Shown in pieces: positions 8,321-17,798 of a stretch of 64,000 bases of DNA; position 1 is the stretch's first letter, and each line of letters starts with the position of its first letter. The stretch is from positions 1,489 to 65,488 of the forward strand of contig DATAEE010000263.1 in NCBI GenBank assembly GCA_036258175.1, given 5' to 3'. The position numbers were made by a program, and so were the translations under genes. The notes beneath the pieces were generated by a model. It was given only the letters and a program-made list of their open reading frames with translations. It ran no database searches and was not told the DNA's origin. Origin of the DNA: Vicinamibacterales bacterium (lineage in GTDB: Bacteria > Acidobacteriota > Vicinamibacteria > Vicinamibacterales > 2-12-FULL-66-21).

Positions 8321-10093
8321 CTAAATGCTCAGGCCGGCCTGGACGAAGATCCGGTGCTGTTCGGCGAGATCGCGCGCTGCCGGAGTGATTAGCGATCGAT
8401 CACCGATCACAATTTTGCGTCCGTGCTTGATCGCCTGCTTGACGTCCTCCTCGCAGACAAAAGCCGCCGGTTTGTCGCCAACCGATACGGGTTGAGTAGA
8501 CTTTTCCGTCGTTTCGGCGACTCTCGGGGCCAATCCGGCCTTTCCCGGCGCGATTCCCTTCGTCGCGAGAAACTCGTCGATGCGCCGAGTCAATGAAGCT
8601 GCGCTTACGCCGCTCGAAACTGGCGCTGCCGGCGCTCGCAGCACGCTCTCGCGCTTGGGCGCAGCGGCCGCGGTGGGCGCTCCGCTTCCGGTGCGGCGCG
8701 CGATCTCTTTTCGCGGCGCCGCCGGCCTCACTTCGTACGCCAGGCGTTTGATGTTCAGGAGATGACGAGGCGAGATGTTGTCCGACGTGATGTTTCCGCC
8801 CCAGCCGCCACAACCGAGGGTCATTGCCGGATCGAGTCCAGTCGTCAGTCCGACGGACCCATGTGTCGTCGGCGTGTTGACGACGATTCGGCCCGCGGGC
8901 TTCCGGAGGCCGAACTGCAGGATCACCTCCTCGTTCCGCGAGTGGATCGACATGGTGTGCCCCATGCCGCCGTACCGCAGAATCTGGATGCACCGCTCGC
9001 AGCCCTGCTCCCAGTCCTTGACGACGTAGAACGACAGCACAGGGCAGAGCTTCTCAATCGACAGCGGATAGTCTCGGCCGACGCCTTGAAGCTCGGCGAT
9101 GAGGACCGTCGTGTCGGCTGGAACGGTCACGCCGGCCTTCTCGGCGATGTAAGCGGCCGACCGTCCAACCAGCGCCGGATTCGGAAGTCGCTGCGGGCTG
9201 ACGAGCACCTTACCGACGGCGTCGATTTCCGCCGGGCCAAGGAAATGCGCGCCATGGTTCTTGAACTCGCGCCGCACTTCTTCCGCGATCGCCTCGTCCA
9301 CGACGACGGAGTTCTCTGATGAGCAGAGAACGCCGTTGTCGAACGTCTTGCCCGTGATGATGTCGCGAACGGCTTTGTGGAGATCTGCCGACCGCTCGAT
9401 GTACGCAGGAGCGTTGCCCGGACCGACACCATAGGCAGGCTTGCCGGCGCTGTACGCGGCGCGCACGAGACCCATGCCGCCCGTGGCGAGGATGACAGCC
9501 ACGTCGCGATGTTTCATCAGCTCCTGCGTGCCTTCGATCGTGACAGTCTTCATCCAGTTGATTGATCCCTCGGGCGCGCCGGCGCGTAGCGCCGCATCCG
9601 ACATGACCTCCGCGACGCGGGTGATGCATCGGACTGCAGCGGGATGCGGGCTGATGACGATCGGACAGCGCGCCTTCAGCGAGATCAAGATCTTGTAGAT
9701 AGCCGTCGAGGTCGGGTTCGTAGACGGAATCACCGCAGCAACCACGCCAAAGGGTTCGGCGATTTCGACAATCTTCCGCGATTCGTCGCGCCCGACGACA
9801 CCGACGGTCCTGATTGGTTTGATGAAGCGGTAGACCTTTTCCGATGAGAACAGGTTCTTCTGAACCTTGTCCTCGACAACGCCATAACCCGTTTCGTCGA
9901 CGGCAAGCCTCGCCAAGGACTCGGCGGATGCGGTCGCTGCCGCCGCCATGGCGTCGATCAGGGCATCGACCTGCTGTTGGGAGAATTCCGCCAGTTGCGG
10001 CAGCGCCTGTTTGGCGCGCCGCGCGAGCATACGAGCCTCGTGAATCGACGTGAGGTCACGATCAGACTGAGCGGCGGTGGCTTCGGCCGGCAT
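8321..10093 (-). CDS. CoA-acylating aldehyde dehydrogenase (AdhE-N/EutE/PduP type) with a ~120-aa C-terminal extension
   Basis: VIPSTNPTST, ILATGGMGLV, catalytic GKTFDNGVLCSSENSVVV, GGMGHTMSIHS. After ~aa 470 comes an Ala/Pro linker, the amphipathic SAASLTRRIDEFLATKG, then FVCEEDVKQAIKHGRKIVIGDRSLITPAARDLAEQH. It lies 36 nt downstream of the BMC-H gene. Confidence 0.85.
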   Translation of the reverse strand: MPAEATAAQSDRDLTSIHEARMLARRAKQALPQLAEFSQQQVDALIDAMAAAATASAESLARLAVDETGYGVVEDKVQKNLFSSEKVYRFIKPIRTVGVVGRDESRKIVEIAEPFGVVAAVIPSTNPTSTAIYKILISLKARCPIVISPHPAAVRCITRVAEVMSDAALRAGAPEGSINWMKTVTIEGTQELMKHRDVAVILATGGMGLVRAAYSAGKPAYGVGPGNAPAYIERSADLHKAVRDIITGKTFDNGVLCSSENSVVVDEAIAEEVRREFKNHGAHFLGPAEIDAVGKVLVSPQRLPNPALVGRSAAYIAEKAGVTVPADTTVLIAELQGVGRDYPLSIEKLCPVLSFYVVKDWEQGCERCIQILRYGGMGHTMSIHSRNEEVILQFGLRKPAGRIVVNTPTTHGSVGLTTGLDPAMTLGCGGWGGNITSDNISPRHLLNIKRLAYEVRPAAPRKEIARRTGSGAPTAAAAPKRESVLRAPAAPVSSGVSAASLTRRIDEFLATKGIAPGKAGLAPRVAETTEKSTQPVSVGDKPAAFVCEEDVKQAIKHGRKIVIGDRSLITPAARDLAEQHRIFVQAGLSI

Positions 10094-10129
10094 TGGGGCT
10101 TATCGGCGCCGCCCGACCCAAGGTCGGGC

Positions 10130-10402
10130 CTACGATTTCTTGGGAATGATCTTCTCGACCTCGGCGTGCGGTCGCGGAATCACGTGGACCGATACGAGCT
10201 CGCCCACGCGTCGCGCCGCGGCAGCACCGGCATCGGTCGCGGCTTTCACCGCGCCGACATCTCCCCGGACCATGACGGTGACATAGCCGGCGCCGATGTA
10301 CTCTTTCGCGACGAGTACGACGTTCGCAGCTTTCACCATCGCATCGGCCGCTTCGACCGATCCGATCAAGCCGCGTGTTTCGATCAAACCGAGAGCTTCC
10401 AT
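10130..10402 (-). CDS. Bacterial microcompartment shell protein, single-domain BMC-H (PduA/EutM/CcmK class)
   Basis: [79 protein letters not shown] is the textbook BMC-domain pattern. ATG at 10402; the 155-aa ORF in the track is over-extended. Confidence 0.9.
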   Translation of the reverse strand: MEALGLIETRGLIGSVEAADAMVKAANVVLVAKEYIGAGYVTVMVRGDVGAVKAATDAGAAAARRVGELVSVHVIPRPHAEVEKIIPKKS

Positions 10403-10437
10403 TATGTCCGTTCGCGCGATCTTTCGTTGTGCGGCAG

Positions 10438-10478
10438 AGGCTAACATATTGCCGGAAGTGCGGCAACCGCAGTAAGAT
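10438..10478. promoter_or_regulatory. Divergent promoter region with inverted repeat TTGCCG-N6-CGGCAA
   Basis: Minus strand: TTGCCG (10466..10461), 17 nt, TAGCCT (10443..10438), upstream of the BMC-H gene. Plus strand: TTGCCG (10449..10454), 18 nt, TAAGAT (10473..10478). The two -35 hexamers form a 6-bp palindrome pair. Confidence 0.25.
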
Positions 10479-11382
10479 GCCGGGCTCGATGGACTTAAAC
10501 GTAGCGCGCGGTCTCCTCGTGGTCTGCGTGAGCGCCGGAGCGCTCGCAGGTTGTGCCCCGTCGGACAATCAGCCTCCGGTAGCGACGCCAACCGCAACGC
10601 TCAGCCGCTCGCGCATCCCAGTCGGCGCTCCGCTCGAGGTGACATACCGCTTCGACGTCGCACAGGGCACGAAGATCGATGGCAACTATCGGGTCTTTGT
10701 GCATTTCCTCGACAGCGAGGGAGAGCGGATGTGGGGAGACGATCACACACCGGTTCCCCCGACACCTCAGTGGACTCCCGGTAAGAGAGTCGAATACACG
10801 CGCCTGATCTGGTTGCCGATCTATCCCTACACCGGTGAAACACGTGTCCGCGTCGGGCTCTACGCGGACGATGGCAGCCGGCTTCCTCTGAGTGGCAACG
10901 ACTCGGGCCAGCGCGAATACGAAGTCGCGACGTTTACGCTGCTGCCGCAATCCGAGAACATCTTCCTCATATTCAAGGACGGCTGGTATCCCGCGGAGAC
11001 GCTGTCCGATCAGCCGAACCTGAGTTGGGAATGGACCAAGAAGGAAGCGACGCTCGCGTTCCGCAATCCGAAGCAGGACGTGACCTTCTTTCTCGAAGCG
11101 GACGGTCGAACTGACGTCTTTAACCCACCGCAGCGTGCGACGGTCGTCGTCAATGGGCAGCCGCTGCATACCGTAACGATGGAACGCGACCCGAGGCTGC
11201 ACCGGCTGCCTATCACCGGGGCGCAACTCGGCACGCAGGACATGGTGGAGCTCAAGATCCAGGTCGACCGCGCATTCACCCCGTCGGCCGTACCGACGGG
11301 CCAGCCCGGATACGGGACCGACACGCGGGAGCTGGGCATCCGCGTGTTTCACGCCTTCGTAGCCGCAGATGCACGCAAATAG
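10477..11382 (+). CDS. Hypothetical lipoprotein
   Basis: [30 protein letters not shown] is a signal peptide with lipobox Cys (alternative ATG at 10489). Coding-like composition; I recognise no family. Confidence 0.6.
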   Translation: MPGSMDLNVARGLLVVCVSAGALAGCAPSDNQPPVATPTATLSRSRIPVGAPLEVTYRFDVAQGTKIDGNYRVFVHFLDSEGERMWGDDHTPVPPTPQWTPGKRVEYTRLIWLPIYPYTGETRVRVGLYADDGSRLPLSGNDSGQREYEVATFTLLPQSENIFLIFKDGWYPAETLSDQPNLSWEWTKKEATLAFRNPKQDVTFFLEADGRTDVFNPPQRATVVVNGQPLHTVTMERDPRLHRLPITGAQLGTQDMVELKIQVDRAFTPSAVPTGQPGYGTDTRELGIRVFHAFVAADARK

Positions 11383-11472
11383 ACGCAGATAGTTGCGGTG
11401 AGTCGGCGGGCGGGCCTTGCCCGCCGAAGCCTTTCGCGTCGGCGGGTGTGTGCTAAACTGAACCTTCCACTG

Positions 11473-12120
11473 ATGTTAGGGGGATTTCGGCTCGCGGTCG
11501 CGACGTGTGCGCTGACGGCGATGTCCGCCGTGCCGGCTGCGGCGGAGCTCGTTTATCTCACATCCGGCCGGACGCTCTCGGTCCGCGGCCACCGTGCCGA
11601 AGGGGAATCGATCGTCCTGATGCTCCGGGCCGGTGGCGAGATGATCTGCGACCGTGGGCTCGTGGACCGGATCGAGCCGGACGAGGTCCCATATCCCGAA
11701 CCCGAGACCCTGGCCACGACAGGTCAGACAGCGCCTGTCGAGCTCGCGGCCGTGCCCTTCGGTGAGTTGATCGATGACCTGTCCGCCGCTCACGGCGTGG
11801 ATCCGGTTCTCGTCCGTGCGGTGATTCAGGTCGAGTCGGCATTCGCCCCGAACGCACATTCGCGAAAAGGCGCGCGTGGTCTCATGCAGGTGATGCCCGC
11901 GACGGGACGTCAGTACGGCGCAGGCAATCTTTACGACCCGCGTACGAATCTCGATACCGGCATCCGCCATCTCAAGTCGTTGCTCCAGAAATACGAGCGG
12001 TCGGTCGCGCTCGCCGCGTATAACGCGGGCGAAGCGGCCGTGAAGCGGTTCGGCGGCATTCCGCCGTACGGCGAAACGCGCTCGTACGTTGCGAAGATTC
12101 TTTCGCTGCTCAAGCGCTAA
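11473..12120 (+). CDS. Lytic transglycosylase, SLT domain
   Basis: Signal MLGGFRLAVATCALTAMSAVPAAA. Catalytic VIQVESAFAPNAHSRKGARGLMQVMPAT...LAAYNAGEAAVKRFGGIPPYGETRSYV. Confidence 0.8.
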   Translation: MLGGFRLAVATCALTAMSAVPAAAELVYLTSGRTLSVRGHRAEGESIVLMLRAGGEMICDRGLVDRIEPDEVPYPEPETLATTGQTAPVELAAVPFGELIDDLSAAHGVDPVLVRAVIQVESAFAPNAHSRKGARGLMQVMPATGRQYGAGNLYDPRTNLDTGIRHLKSLLQKYERSVALAAYNAGEAAVKRFGGIPPYGETRSYVAKILSLLKR

Positions 12121-12230
12121 ACGTTCAGCTCAGCCAGTTCGCTTCGAAACCGGTCTAACTGAAGACAGGGTTCGTCACGCGCTTCACGGCGGTGCGCGGG
12201 ATTGCCCTTCGGTTCCGGGTCCGCAACGAG

Positions 12231-12260
12231 TTGAATGTTATAATCCGCTGATCCGATAAT
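12231..12260 (+). promoter_or_regulatory. Candidate sigma-70 promoter for the secretion/pilus operon
   Basis: TTGAAT (12231..12236), 18 nt, GATAAT (12255..12260), in a visibly AT-richer gap. GGAGA Shine-Dalgarno lies ~12 nt before ATG 12282. Confidence 0.3.
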
Positions 12261-12281
12261 CTCCACGGAGACAAGAGCTTA

Positions 12282-13490
12282 ATGGAGTACCGCTGCAGGC
12301 TGGGCACGCCATCCGGAGAAGTGACTGAAGGCGTGTACGTAGCCGACAGTGAATCCCGGCTGAGGCGCGAGCTCGAAGACAAGGGCCTCTACGTCCTTGC
12401 CATCCGGCGCGCCGGCGGCCTCGGGCTGGCGGGCGTCGCGGTACCTCGCAGGCGGAAGCTCTCGACTCGGGAGTTCCTCGTGTTCAACCAGGAGCTCGCG
12501 ACGCTTCTCAAGGCCGGCATGCCGCTCGTACAGTCGCTCGACATTTTGCGTCAGCGGCTGCCGAACCCGGTCTTCAAGGCGGTGCTGGACGACATCCACG
12601 AACGCGTCCGCGCGGGTTCATCGCTCTCGGAGGCCTTCGAAGCCCAAGGCGAGCTCTTTCCTGGCGTCTACACGGCGACGCTGTTCGCCGGCGAGAAGAG
12701 CGGCAACCTCGAGCAGGTTCTCCGCCGCTACGTCGCGTACACGAAGGTGATTTCGGCGGTCCGGCGGCGAACGATCTCGGCGCTCGTTTACCCAATGATC
12801 CTTCTGGCGCTCTCGATCGTTGTCGTCGCGATCATCATGCTGAAGGTCGTTCCGGAGTTCGCGAGCTTCTACGATCAGTTCGGCCGGGAGCTGCCCGCGT
12901 CGACGCGTGTGATCGTTGCTATCTCGACGTTCATCTCGAACTACGTGTTCTTCATCCTGGCGGCGATTGTATCGGCGGGCCTCGGGTTCTGGTACTGGCT
13001 GCAGCGCCCCGGCGAACGAGTCCGAATCGATCACATCGTGCTCAGCCTCCCGCTGGCCGGTCCCACGGTGCGGAAGTACTCGACGTCGCAGGCGGCGCGG
13101 ACTCTCGCCACCCTTCTCGGCGGCGGTATCCCACTCGTGAACGCGCTCGACATCAGCGCGCGTTCGATCGGCAATCAGTTCATGGCGTGCGAACTGCACA
13201 CCGCGGCGCAGCAGGTTCGGGAAGGGCGCGCGCTCGCGCAGGCGTTGAACGAGCGCGGGCACTTTCCCGACGTCGCGATCAAGATGATTGAAGTTGGTGA
13301 GTCCACCGGCGCGCTGCAGGACATGTTGAACAGCCTCGCCGACTTCTACGACGAGGAAATTGAAACCGGGTTGGGCCGGTTCGTGACGCTCGTGGAGCCG
13401 ATACTGCTGGTGACGATGGGGCTCGTGATAGCCGCGTTGCTGCTGGCGCTCTACATGCCGCTCTTCCAACTCTCTTCGGTGTTGCGGTGA
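12282..13490 (+). CDS. Type II secretion system F family platform protein (GspF/PilC)
   Basis: Two T2SSF repeats: FNQELATLLKAGMPLVQSLDIL... and AARTLATLLGGGIPLVNALDI...EVGESTGALQDML. Three TM segments. Confidence 0.9.
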   Translation: MEYRCRLGTPSGEVTEGVYVADSESRLRRELEDKGLYVLAIRRAGGLGLAGVAVPRRRKLSTREFLVFNQELATLLKAGMPLVQSLDILRQRLPNPVFKAVLDDIHERVRAGSSLSEAFEAQGELFPGVYTATLFAGEKSGNLEQVLRRYVAYTKVISAVRRRTISALVYPMILLALSIVVVAIIMLKVVPEFASFYDQFGRELPASTRVIVAISTFISNYVFFILAAIVSAGLGFWYWLQRPGERVRIDHIVLSLPLAGPTVRKYSTSQAARTLATLLGGGIPLVNALDISARSIGNQFMACELHTAAQQVREGRALAQALNERGHFPDVAIKMIEVGESTGALQDMLNSLADFYDEEIETGLGRFVTLVEPILLVTMGLVIAALLLALYMPLFQLSSVLR

Positions 13491-15133
13491 TGGAACCCAG
13501 GACAGTCAGCGATCTTTACACGACGGAAGAACCGTCCGCAGCCGCGCGGGCGGCCGAAGTCGTCCAGGCCCGAAAGCTGGCCGAGCGCTACCGGCTCGAA
13601 TTCGTCGACATGGGGCGGTTCAGCATCGATCACGAGCTGTTCCGCCAGATTCCGGCCGACCTGATGTTGCGCTACGGCTTCGTGCCGTATCGGCGCGAGG
13701 GTGGAGCGCTCGTAATCGTGGTGTCGGACCCGACCGATCTGCCGATGATCGACGAACTCGGCGCGCTGCTGGCAACACCGATCCGCGTCTGCGTCGGCAC
13801 ACCGTCCGCCATCCAGGCGATTCTGAAGAAAAGCGAAAGCTCGCAGCGCGTCCTCGATCAGGCGACCGAGAGCTTCCAGATGCAGATCCTCCGCGACGAG
13901 GACGTCGCCGCGGCCGAAGACAGCCTGACGGTCGATCGCATCACGAGCGACGCGAGTCCGGTCATCCGCCTCGTGGACTCGACAATCTACACAGCAATCC
14001 AGCGGCGGGCAAGCGACATCCATATCGAGACGGGCGACGATGCGGTGCATGTGAAGTACCGGATCGACGGCGTGCTGCAGCCGGCGATGCGGCCGATCGA
14101 CCGGCGCTTCCACAGCACGATCATCTCCCGCGTCAAGGTCATGGCCGAGCTCGATATCGCGGAGAAGCGCGTGCCACAGGACGGCCGCTTCAAGCTGCGG
14201 CTGCCCGAGAAGACGATCGACTTTCGCGTGTCCATCATGCCGAGCGTTCACGGCGAGGACGCCGTCATCCGCATCCTGGACAAGGAATCGATCAGCGAGC
14301 AGTTCAAGGAGCTCCGGCTGGATATCCTCGGCTTCCCGGAGTCCGAGCTGAAGCGGTTCCGAAAGTACATCGCCGAGCCGTACGGGATGGTCCTCGTCAC
14401 AGGTCCCACGGGCAGCGGCAAGACGACAACGCTTTACGCGGCGCTGTCCGAGATCAAGTCGCCCGAAGACAAGATCGTGACGATCGAGGACCCCGTCGAG
14501 TACCAACTCCGCGGCATCACGCAGATCCCGATCAACGAGAAAAAAGGACTGACGTTCGCGCGCGGCCTGCGGTCGATCCTCCGGCACGATCCGGACAAGA
14601 TCATGGTCGGCGAGATCCGCGACCCCGAGACTGCGCAGATTGCGATCCAGTCCGCGTTGACGGGGCATCTCGTTTTTACGACGGTCCACGCGAACAACGT
14701 TGTCGACGTGCTCGGCCGGTTCCTGAACATGGGTGTGGAGCCGTATCAGTTTGTTTCGGCGCTCAACTGCGTGCTGGCGCAGCGCCTGGTGCGGAATATC
14801 TGCATCCACTGCAAGCGGCCAGCGTCGATCACGCGCGAGATGCTGGAAGAGTCGGCGCTCGACCCGGCGCTCCTCCGGTCGCAGGTGTTTTACGAAGGCG
14901 CGGGCTGCATCGAGTGCGCCGGAACCGGCTACAAAGGCCGGACCGCGATCTGCGAGCTCCTCGACCTCTCCGATCCCATCCGCGAGATGATTCTCGAGCG
15001 GCGTCCCACGTCGGAGATCAAGAAGGCGGCGCGGGAAGAAGGCATGCAGTTCCTGCGCGAATCGGCGGTCGAAAAAGTCGTCGGCGGCACGACGACGTTG
15101 CGAGAGATCAACAAGGTGACGTTCGTCGAGTGA
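13487..15133 (+). CDS. GspE/PilB family secretion ATPase
   Basis: T2SSE_N domain (FVPYRREGGALVIVVSDPTD), Walker A VTGPTGSGKTTT, Asp box, Walker B IMVGEIRD, tetracysteine CIHC...CIECAGTGYKGR. GTGATG overlaps the GspF stop (ATG at 13490). Confidence 0.9.
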   Translation: MMEPRTVSDLYTTEEPSAAARAAEVVQARKLAERYRLEFVDMGRFSIDHELFRQIPADLMLRYGFVPYRREGGALVIVVSDPTDLPMIDELGALLATPIRVCVGTPSAIQAILKKSESSQRVLDQATESFQMQILRDEDVAAAEDSLTVDRITSDASPVIRLVDSTIYTAIQRRASDIHIETGDDAVHVKYRIDGVLQPAMRPIDRRFHSTIISRVKVMAELDIAEKRVPQDGRFKLRLPEKTIDFRVSIMPSVHGEDAVIRILDKESISEQFKELRLDILGFPESELKRFRKYIAEPYGMVLVTGPTGSGKTTTLYAALSEIKSPEDKIVTIEDPVEYQLRGITQIPINEKKGLTFARGLRSILRHDPDKIMVGEIRDPETAQIAIQSALTGHLVFTTVHANNVVDVLGRFLNMGVEPYQFVSALNCVLAQRLVRNICIHCKRPASITREMLEESALDPALLRSQVFYEGAGCIECAGTGYKGRTAICELLDLSDPIREMILERRPTSEIKKAAREEGMQFLRESAVEKVVGGTTTLREINKVTFVE

Positions 15134-16083
15134 TGGAGTTTCAACGCGCTCTCAGCTCGCCGGGGCCGCCGCATGCCGTCGAAATTGCCGCACGCCGCGT
15201 GACGGTCGTCGCGATCCGCCATGAAAGCGGAAAGGCGGTCGTGGCCGCGTCGGCGACCGAACCGCTTGCTCCAGGCGTCGTGACCCCGGGCCTGGCGCAC
15301 CCCAATATTCGCGACACCGAAGCAGTCGTCAGCGCGCTGTCCCGGGCGCTCGAGCGGGCGGGAATCCGGCCAAAGCGCGTCGGCCTCGTTATTCCGGATG
15401 CGGCCGCGCGTGTGTCCATCGTCCGGTTCGACACGGTTCCGCCGCGCGCCCGTGATCTCGATGAGCTCGTTCGATGGCAGGTCGGGAAAGGCGCTCCGTT
15501 CCGGATCGAGGAAGGCCAGCTGTCATATGTTCCGGGCGCCGCGGTTGGGACCGGTGGCCGGGAGTTCGTGTCGGTGCTCGTCCGGCGTGACGTCATCGAA
15601 GAGTACGAAGGTGTCTGCGCGCGCGCCGGAATGCACGCCGGCCTCGTGGACATCGCGAGCTTTAACGTGGTGAACGCCGTGCTCGCGGCGGCGCAAGAGA
15701 AGGACGGGGCGGATTGGCTGCTCGTGCATGTCACGCCTGAGGACACGACGCTGGCGATCGTGCGATCGGGAGACCTGATTTTCTTCCGCAATCGTCCGGT
15801 TGGCGAAGGGTCTCTTGAGGACCTGGTGCATCAGACGGCGATGTACTACGAGGACCGCCTTGGCGGGCGGGGCCTCAGCCGCGTGATCGTCGCCGGCGGT
15901 TCCGACGGCGGCGACGCGCTTCGGCGGGCCCTCGAGGATCGGCTACGCGTCAGCGTGGAGAGTATCGATCCGCGCCACGCCGCCGGCCTACGGGATCGCG
16001 TGTCGGCGAGTTCGGACCTCCTTGACGCCATTGCAGCTCCGGTGGGGCTGATCGTGAGGGATACCGCGGGTGCTGCGAACTAA
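15133..16083 (+). CDS. pilM: PilM-like actin-fold pilus/pseudopilus assembly protein
   Basis: ATG at 15133 overlaps the GspE TGA by 1 nt (TGATG). Translation MEFQRALSSPGPPHAVEIAARRVTVVAI...RVGLVIPDAAARVSIVRFD...LVDIASFNVVNAV is the typical PilM pattern. The upstream part of the 14914 ORF overlaps gspE and is rejected. Confidence 0.8.
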   Translation: MEFQRALSSPGPPHAVEIAARRVTVVAIRHESGKAVVAASATEPLAPGVVTPGLAHPNIRDTEAVVSALSRALERAGIRPKRVGLVIPDAAARVSIVRFDTVPPRARDLDELVRWQVGKGAPFRIEEGQLSYVPGAAVGTGGREFVSVLVRRDVIEEYEGVCARAGMHAGLVDIASFNVVNAVLAAAQEKDGADWLLVHVTPEDTTLAIVRSGDLIFFRNRPVGEGSLEDLVHQTAMYYEDRLGGRGLSRVIVAGGSDGGDALRRALEDRLRVSVESIDPRHAAGLRDRVSASSDLLDAIAAPVGLIVRDTAGAAN

Positions 16084-16639
16084 CGTCTCCACGCGGCCGT
16101 TCTATAACGAGCGCGCGGTGCATGTCGGCATCGGGGTCGTCGCAGGGCTCGTCCTGCTCGCGACGCTCATCAACGTGGTGTGGGTCATCTCGTTATCCGC
16201 GCGCAATACGTTGCTCGGGACCCAGATTCGTCAGGACGAGCAGACGGCGGCCAAGCTGGATGCCGAGGCCAAGAGCCTGCGGTCGCGCATCAATCAGCAG
16301 GAGCTCGCCGTCGTCGTGACCGCGGCGCGTGAGGCGAACGCGCTCATCGACCAGCGGACGTTCTCCTGGACGGAATTCTTCAATCTGATCGAGGCGACGC
16401 TTCCCGCGGACGTCATGCTCATGTCGGTATCGCCGACAGTCACGGACGGTGAGACCGAAGTGCGGATGAAGGTCCTGGCGCGGCGGGCGGAGGACATCGA
16501 CGCGTTCATGGAATCGCTCGAGGGAACGAAGGCGTTCGCCGGCCTGTTGCCGATCAGCGAACAGTTGAACGAAGCCGGGCTCCACGATGTAGAACTCGTC
16601 GGACGCTACGTGGCGCCCGTGACGGAGGCTGCACGATGA
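16070..16639 (+). CDS. pilN: PilN-like bitopic assembly protein
   Basis: MLRTNVSTRPFYNERAV, then one TM (VGIGVVAGLVLLATLINVVWV), a coiled coil and a ferredoxin-like C-domain. 14-nt overlap with pilM. Confidence 0.7.
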   Translation: MLRTNVSTRPFYNERAVHVGIGVVAGLVLLATLINVVWVISLSARNTLLGTQIRQDEQTAAKLDAEAKSLRSRINQQELAVVVTAAREANALIDQRTFSWTEFFNLIEATLPADVMLMSVSPTVTDGETEVRMKVLARRAEDIDAFMESLEGTKAFAGLLPISEQLNEAGLHDVELVGRYVAPVTEAAR

Positions 16640-17214
16640 CCTCCTTCAAGCGCATCTTCGACGAGAAGCGCCGGCTGATCGTGCCGCTGCTCATCGCGAT
16701 CGCTGCCAACGTGGCGCTTTATGCGTTCGCGGTCTACCCTCTCGAACGGCGCGTGGCTACCGCCGGTACGCGGGCGGAGGCCGCGGCGGCCGCGCGCCGT
16801 GCGGCCGAGAGCAACCATCGCGACGCGCAGGCGACCGTTACTGGTATGGACCGGGCGGACGAAGAGCTCAAACGGTTCTACAACAACATCCTTCCAACCG
16901 ATCAAACGGGAGCGCGACGGATCACGTACGTGCGCCTCGCCCGCATGGCGCGCGACGCCGGTCTGCGGACGGAGCGCGGCACAATCGAGTCGTCCGCGAT
17001 CGACGACAGCCGGTTGTCACGTCTGCGCATGACGATGACCCTCGAGGGACAGTACGACGAGATTCGCCGGTTCATCCACCGGATCGAAACCGCCCCGGAG
17101 TTCACCGTCATAGAGGACGTTGCCGTTCAGCGCGGCGCCGACGAGGAGGGATCGACGCTCGTCCTGGAGCTTGCCGTCACGACGTACTACTGGACGAATG
17201 GCCATGGCAACTGA
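16636..17214 (+). CDS. pilO: PilO/GspM-like bitopic assembly protein
   Basis: One TM (LIVPLLIAIAANVALYAFAVY), a coiled coil, then LRMTMTLEGQYDEIRRFIHRIE...LVLELAVTTYYW. ATGA overlap with pilN. Confidence 0.6.
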   Translation: MTSFKRIFDEKRRLIVPLLIAIAANVALYAFAVYPLERRVATAGTRAEAAAAARRAAESNHRDAQATVTGMDRADEELKRFYNNILPTDQTGARRITYVRLARMARDAGLRTERGTIESSAIDDSRLSRLRMTMTLEGQYDEIRRFIHRIETAPEFTVIEDVAVQRGADEEGSTLVLELAVTTYYWTNGHGN

Positions 17215-17752
17215 TCGGCCGCGGCGGCAATTCATCGTCCTGGGCGTGCTGCTCGTCGGGCTGGCGGGGCTGATCGTGTACAACCTGGACGGGAGTCAAC
17301 AGGCCGCCGCTCCTGCGACGACGTCCAATGCTCCAAGGCCTCAGCGCGGGCGTCAGGCGCCGGCCACTACCGCGGAGGCGCTGGACCTACGAATCGAATC
17401 GCTGAGTCAGGCCAAGCCGGCGCCGGAAGAATCCGATCGCAATCCATTCCGATTCCGTCCGCCGCCTCCGCCGCCCGCGTCCAAGTCGCTCCCCCCCGTT
17501 GAGGCCCCGGTCGTAGACCCGAACCCGCCGGAAGCGCCGCCCCCAACAATCCCCCTGAAGTTCATCGGGGTGTTCGAGGCGGCGCGGGTGGGGAAGGTTG
17601 CCGCGCTCAAGGATGAACGTGGCGTGTACCACGCGCGCGAAGGGGAAATCGTCGTCGGCCAGTATCGTGTCGTGCGGATCGGCGTGGAGTCGATCGTCTT
17701 GGAGTACGCTGACGGGCGTGGACGTCAGACCATCCGCCTGTCGGGCCAGTAG
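17198..17752 (+). CDS. PilP/GspC-HR-like protein with Pro-rich linker
   Basis: MAMATDRPRRQFIVLGVLLVGLAGLIVY (TM), a Pro-rich stretch, then C-terminal LKFIGVFEAARVGKVAALKDERGVYHAREGEIVVGQYRVVRIGVESIVLEY (PilP-type beta-sandwich pattern). Confidence 0.5.
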   Translation: MAMATDRPRRQFIVLGVLLVGLAGLIVYNLDGSQQAAAPATTSNAPRPQRGRQAPATTAEALDLRIESLSQAKPAPEESDRNPFRFRPPPPPPASKSLPPVEAPVVDPNPPEAPPPTIPLKFIGVFEAARVGKVAALKDERGVYHAREGEIVVGQYRVVRIGVESIVLEYADGRGRQTIRLSGQ

Positions 17753-17798
17753 CGCCTCCGTGACCCGGGCCGGTACCCCGGGGAGCAGAAAAGGAACG

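Noticed and set aside
13451-14809. 452-aa minus-strand ORF
   Set aside because: It is antisense to the GspE ATPase, whose Walker and Zn-finger motifs are unambiguous. Composition is Arg/Asp-rich junk.
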